DNA of 54,694 bases from an uncultured Anaerolineaceae bacterium (GTDB lineage: Bacteria; Chloroflexota; Anaerolineae; Anaerolineales; DRMV01), in contig CAYLRJ010000003.1 in assembly GCA_964386185.1 (NCBI GenBank), forward strand, positions 1 through 54,694, in the 5' to 3' direction. The notes under the pieces were generated by a model. The model saw only the letters and a program-made list of their open reading frames with translations, had not been told where the DNA came from and made no database searches. Each line of letters starts with the position of its first letter. Positions within the stretch are counted from its first letter, which is position 1. Below are positions 21,389-29,214 of this stretch, piece after piece. Both the position numbers and the translations under genes were made by a program.

Positions 21389-22372
21389 ATGACACACCGT
21401 TGGCGAGAACTTTTGTTTCGCCCCCCTTCGTTGGAAGATCTCATCGGGGTGTTGCGCGCCTGGCGCTGGTGGGTGTTGATGGGCTTATTGGGCGCCCTCT
21501 TGGGCGCGGTGGCCTTTTGGGTGACGCCCTCGCCTTATCGCGCCAGGGCCGAAGTTGTGGTGGACTACAATTTGGAAGAAGCCGTGCCGGCCGGTACAGA
21601 CCGGCAGTTGTTCTACTTCTTGGGGCGAGAGAACAAAAAATTGCGAGATTTGGCTTTTAGCGATGCTGTGCTCGGCCAAATGGCGCAAACTTTGGGGGAG
21701 CCCGTGGACCCCGCCTGGCGCACAGGGGTGTTGTTGTTGCGCGAGGAAAAGGATGGCGCGTGGCATTTTTGGGCTGAGGCTTCCACGCCTGCACGGGCTC
21801 AGGCCCTGGCCGCGGCTTGGGCGCAGGCTTTTGTGCAGGTCGCACAGGAAAAAATCAGCGTAGCACGGCGGATTCAGAGCCTTTGGGAAGGCATCTTTGC
21901 CTTGCGCAAACAGCAAGCCGCGCTGGAAAACGGTTGCGCAGTGGCTGCCCAAGCCTTGGAAGTGTTGCCGCAGTGGCAACCACCTACCACGCCCTGGGAA
22001 GCCTGGCGCCTCGAAGAGGTTTTGGCATGGTTAGACCAAAGCGGGCTGCCCCTGCCACTGACCACCGAAGGCACGCTGGGCCCTGATGCCATTCAGACCG
22101 CAGAGGCCGTCGCGCGGGATCGTTTGGCCCAATGCGAGCAAGTAAAACCCCAGTTGATTCAGCAAGAGCAGCGCCTGCAAACCCAGTTAGACGCGCTCAT
22201 GCCCCAAAGCGGCGGCCTTTCGCCCCGCACAGAAGTGGTGCTTTCGCAAACTCAAAATCTGCCGGTGCAGCGTGTGGCCTCGCGCACTGCGTTCATCTTA
22301 GCTGGCGCGCTGCTGGGCGTGTTGGTGGCCTTTTTGCTGGGGCTGTTTTGGGGAGGGCAGCGTGATGCGTAA
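21389..22372 (+). CDS. Wzz-like polysaccharide chain-length regulator / co-polymerase-like membrane protein
   Basis: N- and C-terminal TM segments around a coiled region; begins DLIGVLRAWRWWVLMG; Y.ARAEVVV. Confidence 0.6.
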   Translation: MTHRWRELLFRPPSLEDLIGVLRAWRWWVLMGLLGALLGAVAFWVTPSPYRARAEVVVDYNLEEAVPAGTDRQLFYFLGRENKKLRDLAFSDAVLGQMAQTLGEPVDPAWRTGVLLLREEKDGAWHFWAEASTPARAQALAAAWAQAFVQVAQEKISVARRIQSLWEGIFALRKQQAALENGCAVAAQALEVLPQWQPPTTPWEAWRLEEVLAWLDQSGLPLPLTTEGTLGPDAIQTAEAVARDRLAQCEQVKPQLIQQEQRLQTQLDALMPQSGGLSPRTEVVLSQTQNLPVQRVASRTAFILAGALLGVLVAFLLGLFWGGQRDA

Positions 22373-23768
22373 ACCCTCAGTGCAAACGATAGCCCGTGGG
22401 CTATGGGCTTTGGTGATGCTGACTTTGCCCATCACCAGTTTTCGTTATTACCCCCACATTTTCGGCACCACGCAAGTCAAACCTTTGGCCTTTTTGCCTT
22501 TGGCTGCCTATTTGCCTTTGGGGCTGTGGCTGGCGTGGCGGGAACGCCGCTGGCGTTGGCTGGGCGCGTTAGTGCCCTTGGTGGCCTTTGGCTTGGCTGC
22601 CTTGTTGAGCACGGTGTGGGGCTGGGTGCATAGCCCATTGCCCTTGTTTGGCATTGGCTATCTGGGGCGCACCCTGCGAGCCTGGATTAGTTTTGGGGTG
22701 GGCTTGAGTTTCTTTTTGGGCGCGCTATTGGCCCATCGCAACGAAGAAGACATTCGCTGGAGCCTGCAATGGCTGTATGCGGGGTTTGTGGTAGCGGCGC
22801 TTTGGGGCACGTTGCAGGTTTTGGCCATCAAGGTGTATCGTCCTTTGTGGCCGGTGTTGAATCGGGCGCAAAAGCTGTTTTCCATTCAGGGGATGATGCC
22901 GCGCCGTATCTCGGGCATGGCTTATGAGCCTTCCTGGTTTGCCGACCAGTTGGTGAGTTTGTATTTGCCTTGGTTGGTGGCGGCTTTGTTGAGTGGTTAT
23001 GCGCTGTTTCGGCGCTGGTGGTGGACGGCATTGTTGTTGGCCTGGGCGGGCATTTTGTTGGTGTTTACCTATTCTCGCAGTGGTGTGTTGGTCGCGGTGG
23101 GCGCGGCTGGGGCTGTGGTTGTGTTGGGCGCGCTGCGTTGGGGTGGGCAGCGCTTAAAAGCCGAGACCTTGGCGCGGGCCTGGCGGCGGAGTTTGGCGGC
23201 CATCGCCGTGGCCGCGTTGTTGGTGTTGGTGGGTGGGGCGGTGTTGATGCAAAATTCTTATTTCGCCAGCCTCTTCCAGCGCAAGCCAGGCCAAAGTTGG
23301 GTGGATTATTTCGTCAGCGCCCGCAGCGGAGCCCGCTTGGCGTATGCTTGGGCGGCTATGGCCTCGTTTGACCGTTCGCCCTGGTTGGGTGTGGGTTTGG
23401 GGGCCAGCGGCTTCAATCTCTACGCCGATTTGCCCGAATGGTCGGCTACGCTGCCCGAAATTGCTCGCTATACCAGCCCTTATTACCACGTCTTCCCCAA
23501 CCCGAAAAATATGTACATCCGTTTGCTGGCCGAGACGGGCATGGTGGGTTTTTTGACATTTTTGGGTTTTGTTTTGTATGTCTTGGGGCAAGCGTTGGCC
23601 TGGTGGCGGGCGGAGACGCCGTACGCGCGTTTTATGGGCATGGCCGGCGTGTGGATTTTGGCCGCGGTGGTGCTGCGCTGGTTTACGCAGGATTCATTGG
23701 CCATGCCCAACGTTTGGCTGGGGTTGGGCATGATGTTGGGGCCAATGATGGAACGGCACGGCGAGTAG
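22365..23768 (+). CDS. O-antigen ligase/Wzy-like polytopic membrane protein
   Basis: About 12 TM segments; RISGMAYEPSW, LVFTYSRSG, SPWLGVGLG, NPKNMYIRLLAETGMVG. Confidence 0.8.
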   Translation: MRKPSVQTIARGLWALVMLTLPITSFRYYPHIFGTTQVKPLAFLPLAAYLPLGLWLAWRERRWRWLGALVPLVAFGLAALLSTVWGWVHSPLPLFGIGYLGRTLRAWISFGVGLSFFLGALLAHRNEEDIRWSLQWLYAGFVVAALWGTLQVLAIKVYRPLWPVLNRAQKLFSIQGMMPRRISGMAYEPSWFADQLVSLYLPWLVAALLSGYALFRRWWWTALLLAWAGILLVFTYSRSGVLVAVGAAGAVVVLGALRWGGQRLKAETLARAWRRSLAAIAVAALLVLVGGAVLMQNSYFASLFQRKPGQSWVDYFVSARSGARLAYAWAAMASFDRSPWLGVGLGASGFNLYADLPEWSATLPEIARYTSPYYHVFPNPKNMYIRLLAETGMVGFLTFLGFVLYVLGQALAWWRAETPYARFMGMAGVWILAAVVLRWFTQDSLAMPNVWLGLGMMLGPMMERHGE

Positions 23769-24030
23769 CCTGGTTTGCCCTGGGTGGTCTGCGCGGCCTG
23801 GGGGCTTTCACGCTTTCGTCTTTGGGCTGGGGAAGCAGGCGCGCGCCCTGGCGGGTTCCTGGCGCGGGGCGCGCGTGGGTTTTGCGGCCAGGGTGAAGAG
23901 GCGGCAAAGCGGGCAGCCGTGCCCGAGGCTCTCGCAGCCAGGTGAGGGGATGAATTATGGGGGCGCTGAACGTTGCAATTTGACCATGATTTTCAAACGA
24001 AACTTTTATGCAAAAGAAAAGTGGCTTCAT

Positions 24031-24036
24031 TATAAT
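24031..24036 (+). promoter_or_regulatory. -10 box in the AT-rich region upstream of the SipW operon
   Basis: TATAAT about 64 bp upstream of ATG 24100; -35 is weak (TATGCA-like). Confidence 0.5.
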
Positions 24037-24099
24037 TTTGCGCAGAATTGCTTTGGAAGCGTTCCGATTTTTCCTGCATCCTTTTGTTGGAGGTCCCCC

Positions 24100-24504
24100 A
24101 TGCGTCGCAAGTCCCGTATTATTTTCTTGGTTGTTATTTTGGCATTGTTGGCCGTGTTGGCCTATGGTTTTGCCGCCCAAAACACGGTGGATAGCTCCTA
24201 CGCCGGTGATGGTTGGGCGGGAGTGAGTGGTTACTACGTCAAAAACATTCAATACACCCTTGACAGCGCTGACCCCAGCCTGGTAGCCAGTGTGAGTTTT
24301 TCCTTGCAAGACAGCGCTGGCAATGATTTGCCTGCGACGACCGTCTATGCTGCGGTGGCTGACGACAACGCCGGCACGCCGGGCACGTGGACTTGGTCTA
24401 ACGCATGCACCCAAGACGCGACCACGCTGGTGTGGTCGTGCAGTTGGGGCACCGAGCCCGCTGTGGTCAACATCTACTATTTCCGGGTATCCGCCGGGCA
24501 GTAA
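24100..24504 (+). CDS. Secreted protein (134 aa), candidate SipW-processed fibre subunit
   Basis: GGAGG SD; basic and hydrophobic N-terminus ending AYGFAAQNTV; beta-rich mature part with two Cys. Confidence 0.75.
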   Translation: MRRKSRIIFLVVILALLAVLAYGFAAQNTVDSSYAGDGWAGVSGYYVKNIQYTLDSADPSLVASVSFSLQDSAGNDLPATTVYAAVADDNAGTPGTWTWSNACTQDATTLVWSCSWGTEPAVVNIYYFRVSAGQ

Positions 24505-24547
24505 CGAGCCTGACTACATTGACGCAAACATTGACGGCGGATTGAAA

Positions 24548-24576
24548 AAGGCGCGGCGGAAGCCGCGCCTTGCTTT
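24548..24576 (+). terminator. Intra-operon hairpin (partial terminator or mRNA stabiliser)
   Basis: AAGGCGCGGC-GGAA-GCCGCGCCTT followed by a weak T tract. Confidence 0.55.
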
Positions 24577-24593
24577 GTGTGAGGATAGGCTCG

Positions 24594-26792
24594 ATGGGCT
24601 GGAAGCGCCGCCTACAGTGGCTGAGTGTGTTGGTGCTGTTGGCCGTGGCCGGGGTGGTGTTGGCCCCTGCTCGGTTGGGCGGCGACATGTACTACGTCAT
24701 GCTCACCGGCCCCAGCATGGAGCCCCATTTCCACCTGGGCGATTTGGTGTTGGTGCGGCGGGCAGCCTTTTATCAGCCCGGCGATATTGTGCTCTATCGG
24801 CACCCGGAAATTGGCTACGTCTTCCATCGCATCATTGGTTTTGATGTGCACGGCCGCTATCGCTTGCAAGGCGATAACAACACCTGGGAAGACCCCTACC
24901 ATCCAACCCAAGATGACATCTTGGGAAAATTTGTGTTGCGAATTCCCAAAGCCGGCAAGATTTTGCAAACCGCCCGCCAGCCGTGGGTGATTGCCCTGCT
25001 GGTGGTTTTGCTGGGGTGGCTTCTCCTCTCCATCCCTGAAGATGCCACCCAAGATGAACTGGGAAGGTTCCCCATGTTGCAGAACGATACGCTCAAAGAT
25101 TGGTTGTTGGTTTGGGCTGCTTTTTTGCTGGCGGCTCTGGTGTTGGGCTTGGTCGCGTGGACGCGGCCTGCGACGGTCCAGGTTCAGGAGCCCCTCCCTT
25201 ACCAACAAGTGGTGGATTTTTCCTACACCGCGCGGGCCCCGCAAGGCTTGTATGACCAGCCCCAGGTGCAGCCGGGTGAGCCCATTTTCACGGAGCTCAT
25301 CGGGACCCTGACCGTCTCTGCCCATTACGGCTGGCAGGCTGAGGTGCCCTATCGGGTGCAAGGCACCTATCAGGTGTTGGCGCGGGTCAGCGACAATACC
25401 GGCTGGAAGCGCACCGTGCCCCTCACGCCAGTGACTGCCTTCGAGCAGGGGTTTGACGTCCAAAACACGGTGGATTTGCAAACGTTCAAAGACTTCGTGC
25501 AAATCATGGAAGATGAGACCGGTGTGCGTCACAACCTTTACACCCTTTCGGTGGTGATTCATGTCAACGCGCAGGGCACGGTAGGCCACTTCCCTGTGCG
25601 GGTGGTGGCGGACCCCGCGTTGAACTTCCAGTGGGACGGGCGGGCGCTGGTGCTTCTTGCCCCCAGCAATGGCCCCGGCCAGCCCAAAGCCGACCCTTTG
25701 CACTGGGTGCACGAAGGGGTGGTTGTGCAAGAGACAACCCAGGTCAACCGTTTGACCCTTTTGGGGCTGGATGTGCCCGTGCCGTTGGCCCGTCAGGTTT
25801 CGGTGGGCGTGGGTGGGTTGGCGTTGGTGCTGCTGTTGCTGACCTGGTGGCTGGCCGAGCGTCGCGCGGCGGTGGACCCTGTGGCCCGTCTGCAGTGGGC
25901 GTTTGACGTGGCGGTGATTCCGGTTGAAATGATGCCGCGGGTGGAGCAGCCGTGGGTGCCGGTGGCCCAACCGGATGATTTGGGCAAGCTGGCTGTTTTG
26001 CAGCGTTTGCCGATCTTTGTCTGGCAGGAACACGGCCAGCAGCGGCTGTGGGTCCAGACGGGAGAGGCGGCGTTTTATTACGAAACTGGTGCGCTTGTGC
26101 CCGCGTGGCTGCGCTCGGTGGTGTCGTTGCCTGCGCGGCGGGGGCGGAGCCGCCGTGGCGCTTTGCCCTGCGAGCGGCTTTTGGAAGGCTGGGCTCAAGC
26201 GGTGGATGCTCAAAGCGTTGGCGACCCCGCACACTCTCGGCGGGTCGCGGCTTTGGCCGTGGCTCTGGGGCGGTTGATGGGCTTGCCAGAGGCCACCTTG
26301 GCCGATTTGCGCCGCGCAGCTTTGATTCATGGTTTGGGGCTCATGAGCCTTCCTGAAGAACTCGCCCGCAAGCCCGACGCCCTGAACAAACAAGAGCGGA
26401 CTTTGTTGCAAGCGCATCTCCAATATCTGGAAACGCACCTGGCTACTTTGGATGACCTGCGCCCTGCCCTGCGCATTGCCTACTACCATCATGAACGCTG
26501 GGACGGCAGCGGCTATCCGCAGGGTTTGAGTGGCGAAGACATCCCGCTTGAGGCGCGCATTTTGGCGGTGGCCGACGTTTGGGATTCCCTGCGCCATCCA
26601 CGCCCTTATCGTTCGGCTTGGCCTTTCCAGACGGTGCGGCAGTTTATGCAGCAAAAGGCCGGCATTTGGTTTGACCCCCAAGTGGTGGATGCACTGCTCA
26701 CGCTCTTGAAAGACGAACACGACGAGCAGTTGCTTTGGCAGCCTGTCGAAGCGGAGGTATCCCATGAGGAGATGGCGTCGTTGGAGGCGTAA
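24594..26792 (+). CDS. Fusion of an S26 SipW-type signal peptidase, a DUF5305-like domain and a degenerate HD-GYP domain
   Basis: GPSMEP (Ser), VFHRII (His), QGDNN; four TM segments; HHERWDGSGYPQGLSGEDIPLEARILAVADVWD; HD is replaced by HG (ALIHGLG). Confidence 0.8.
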   Translation: MGWKRRLQWLSVLVLLAVAGVVLAPARLGGDMYYVMLTGPSMEPHFHLGDLVLVRRAAFYQPGDIVLYRHPEIGYVFHRIIGFDVHGRYRLQGDNNTWEDPYHPTQDDILGKFVLRIPKAGKILQTARQPWVIALLVVLLGWLLLSIPEDATQDELGRFPMLQNDTLKDWLLVWAAFLLAALVLGLVAWTRPATVQVQEPLPYQQVVDFSYTARAPQGLYDQPQVQPGEPIFTELIGTLTVSAHYGWQAEVPYRVQGTYQVLARVSDNTGWKRTVPLTPVTAFEQGFDVQNTVDLQTFKDFVQIMEDETGVRHNLYTLSVVIHVNAQGTVGHFPVRVVADPALNFQWDGRALVLLAPSNGPGQPKADPLHWVHEGVVVQETTQVNRLTLLGLDVPVPLARQVSVGVGGLALVLLLLTWWLAERRAAVDPVARLQWAFDVAVIPVEMMPRVEQPWVPVAQPDDLGKLAVLQRLPIFVWQEHGQQRLWVQTGEAAFYYETGALVPAWLRSVVSLPARRGRSRRGALPCERLLEGWAQAVDAQSVGDPAHSRRVAALAVALGRLMGLPEATLADLRRAALIHGLGLMSLPEELARKPDALNKQERTLLQAHLQYLETHLATLDDLRPALRIAYYHHERWDGSGYPQGLSGEDIPLEARILAVADVWDSLRHPRPYRSAWPFQTVRQFMQQKAGIWFDPQVVDALLTLLKDEHDEQLLWQPVEAEVSHEEMASLEA

Positions 26793-27276
26793 AGCGCGGT
26801 GGTGGGTGGTGTTGGCGGTGTTGGGGTTGTGGGCTGTCAGCGTGACGGCATACAGCGCCCAAAACAGTGTGCCCCCCACGCGGTTAGACGACCAGGTGCA
26901 AGGGGTTTCTTTGCAGCAGTTTGTGCCCCCGGAATGCGCGGGCATCGTGATTGAAAACATCATTGTTGCAGGAAGCGGACGGCGTTGGGTGTATGGCACC
27001 GACGGCAATGATTTGATTTTGGGTAACGATCGGGTCAATCGCATTGACGGCCTGGGCGGCGATGACTGCATCGTAGGCGGCGCGGGCAGCGAAGGCTGGT
27101 GGCTGTGGGGCATCATCCCGCTGGCGGCTTATTTGCGCGGCGGCGATGGCAACGACGTCATCTTGGGCGGCGCTGGGAACGACATCATCCTCGGCGATGC
27201 AGGCACAGACGTCATCTACGGGGGCACGGGCACCGATTATTGCGATGGGGAAGTAACTTATGAATGCGAGTGGTGA
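26764..27276 (+). CDS. Secreted protein with hemolysin/RTX-type Ca-binding glycine repeats
   Basis: Signal ending TAYSAQNSV; GGDGNDVIL, GGAGNDIIL, GDAGTDVIY, GGTGTDYC repeats; GGAGGT SD. Confidence 0.8.
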   Translation: MRRWRRWRRKARWWVVLAVLGLWAVSVTAYSAQNSVPPTRLDDQVQGVSLQQFVPPECAGIVIENIIVAGSGRRWVYGTDGNDLILGNDRVNRIDGLGGDDCIVGGAGSEGWWLWGIIPLAAYLRGGDGNDVILGGAGNDIILGDAGTDVIYGGTGTDYCDGEVTYECEW

Positions 27277-27316
27277 GGGGCGCTAAAGCACCTTGGCGCC
27301 CCGCTTCTGGGGGCGC

Positions 27317-27345
27317 TTGACACTCACGCTGCTTGCCGTTATAGT
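27317..27345 (+). promoter_or_regulatory. Sigma70-type promoter of the GT2-HAD unit
   Basis: TTGACA, 17 bp spacer, TATAGT. Confidence 0.75.
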
Positions 27346-27412
27346 TAGGCCGCCGCGTAACCTTTCGGAGCGGCCTGTGTTGTCGTGTGTGAAACGCGTG
27401 AGGAGCCCATCC

Positions 27413-28135
27413 ATGAGCGAAGCCAACGCTTCCCTAAAGCCCTATACCGTGACCGTGGTCGTGCCTGCGTATAACGAGCAACAGACCATTCGCGAAATCC
27501 TTCAGCACGTCGCCGCCACAGGCGTGCCCGATGAGATCATCGTGGTGGACGACGGCTCTACCGATGGCACGCGAGAAATTTTGGCCGCCTTAGAGGCCGA
27601 GGGGGAGATTCCCAACCTGCGGGTGTTTTATCACGATCATAACCAGGGCAAAGGCGCCGCGCTGCGGACGGGCTTTCAGCATGCAACGGGCGACATCATC
27701 ATCATCCAAGACGCCGATTTGGAATACGACCCGCGCCATTACCCCCAATTGCTCAAGCCCATCGAAGAGGGGTTGGCCGACGTGGTCTATGGCTCTCGCT
27801 TCCTGGGCGCACCGCGGCGACCCATTTTGTTTTGGAACATGGTGGCCAACAAAATTTTGACCTTGATTACCAACATCCTCTACAACACCATCTTGTCAGA
27901 TATGGAAACAGGCTACAAAGTGTTCAAACGAGAAGTGGTCGCCGAAATGCCCTTGCACGCCCGCAGCTTTGATTTTGAGCCCGAGTTTACGGCCAAGGTG
28001 CTCAAACGAGGGTATCGCATCTTCGAAGTGCCCATTGCCTTCAACCCCCGCGACTATACCGAAGGGAAGAAAATCAAGGCCAAAGACGGCCTGATTGCCT
28101 TGTGGACTTTAATCAAATATCGTTTTGTGGATTGA
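27413..28135 (+). CDS. Glycosyltransferase family 2 (polyprenol-phosphate mannose synthase-like)
   Basis: [47 protein letters not shown]. Confidence 0.92.
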   Translation: MSEANASLKPYTVTVVVPAYNEQQTIREILQHVAATGVPDEIIVVDDGSTDGTREILAALEAEGEIPNLRVFYHDHNQGKGAALRTGFQHATGDIIIIQDADLEYDPRHYPQLLKPIEEGLADVVYGSRFLGAPRRPILFWNMVANKILTLITNILYNTILSDMETGYKVFKREVVAEMPLHARSFDFEPEFTAKVLKRGYRIFEVPIAFNPRDYTEGKKIKAKDGLIALWTLIKYRFVD

Positions 28136-28143
28136 GGGGCTTG

Positions 28144-28812
28144 ATGGCTTGGTTCTGGTTCTTCGATTTGGATGGCACCCTCTACGACGCTCAAAGCGGT
28201 TTGTGGCCGGCAATCAAAGAGCGTATCACCCTTTTCGTTCAACAACACCTCAATCTCACGCGGCGCGCAGCCGAAGCCTTGCGACAGCAATGGGTCGCCC
28301 AATATGGCACCACGTTGCGCGGACTGCAACACGCCGACCCCGCGTTGGACGCCCGAGCCTATTTTGCTTTCGTGCATGACCTGCCCTTGGAAGATTACAT
28401 CCACCCTGACCCGCGTTTGGCTGCAGTGTTGGCGGCCTTGCCCGGTCGGAAGTGGGTGTTGACCAACGCTGACGCAGCACACGCCCAACGGGTGTTGCAA
28501 CGGTTGGGCGTTCGGGAGCACTTCGTGGGTGTCATTGATTTGTTTGCCTTGGGAGAAATCCCCAAACCCCTGCCCGAGGCCTATCGGCGTGCTTTAGCGC
28601 TGGCAGGAAGCCCCCCACCCGCGCAATGCGTGTTGGTTGACGACCAACCGCGCAATGTGGCTGCGGCGCAAGCGTTGGGAATGCGCACGGTATGGATAGC
28701 GCCGGTGGCTGCTCCAGACGGGCCAGGGGATGCGCACGTGACCGAGATTTACCAACTGCCTGCCGTGTGGCAGCGTTGGGCGCAAGAGGGCCAAGGAGGG
28801 AAGGATGCTTAA
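28144..28812 (+). CDS. HAD-superfamily hydrolase, pyrimidine 5'-nucleotidase-like
   Basis: FFDLDGTLY, YGTTLRGL, LTNAD, KP, LVDDQPRN. Confidence 0.85.
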   Translation: MAWFWFFDLDGTLYDAQSGLWPAIKERITLFVQQHLNLTRRAAEALRQQWVAQYGTTLRGLQHADPALDARAYFAFVHDLPLEDYIHPDPRLAAVLAALPGRKWVLTNADAAHAQRVLQRLGVREHFVGVIDLFALGEIPKPLPEAYRRALALAGSPPPAQCVLVDDQPRNVAAAQALGMRTVWIAPVAAPDGPGDAHVTEIYQLPAVWQRWAQEGQGGKDA

Positions 28813-29071
28813 AGCCTTGCTCTGGGGGCTGGGAGCCTTCGTGGGCATCGCGTTGGCGACGGCACTGGTGGCTTATTTCCTCTACCATCACCATCGAAGC
28901 ACCCATCTGCAAATTCGGATTTTTCGGAAAGTATTGCGCCGCGCCCGTTCGCCCTGGGCGCACGAAGATGCCGCGTGGGAGCGGCTCGCCCAAGCCGTGG
29001 CGCGAATTCCCGAAGATTTGCAACCCCCACGGGAACCCACCCCGCCGTCCGAACCCGCAGACGAAGATTGA
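28805..29071 (+). CDS. Small membrane-anchored hypothetical protein
   Basis: GGAGG SD, overlap with the upstream stop, N-terminal TM segment. Confidence 0.6.
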   Translation: MLKALLWGLGAFVGIALATALVAYFLYHHHRSTHLQIRIFRKVLRRARSPWAHEDAAWERLAQAVARIPEDLQPPREPTPPSEPADED

Positions 29072-29214
29072 GCCATACCGCTTGTGGCGGCTTCCTGCGG
29101 GGCATCTTGGCTGTGCATAACCCGAAACCCATAGGATGTTGTATAATAGAAATATCCTAATCCTTCCCATTCGCTGAATGGGTAACTTGAAAGTTTTTCG
29201 TGAGGAGGAACGAG

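Noticed and set aside
23880-23945. Possible c-di-GMP riboswitch upstream of the SipW/HD-GYP operon
   Set aside because: Has GGCAAA and a small hairpin but lacks the GAAA tetraloop/receptor and GCAAAGC-type core, and lies upstream of the likely -10 box. An Infernal scan would settle it.
23875-24099. N-terminal extension of the 24100 protein given in the ORF track
   Set aside because: This is AT-rich promoter DNA; the GGAGG SD and signal peptide begin at ATG 24100.
24612-27116. 834-aa antisense ORF opposite the SipW operon
   Set aside because: Shadow frame of GC-rich coding sequence with no domain signature; the + strand proteins have clear motifs.
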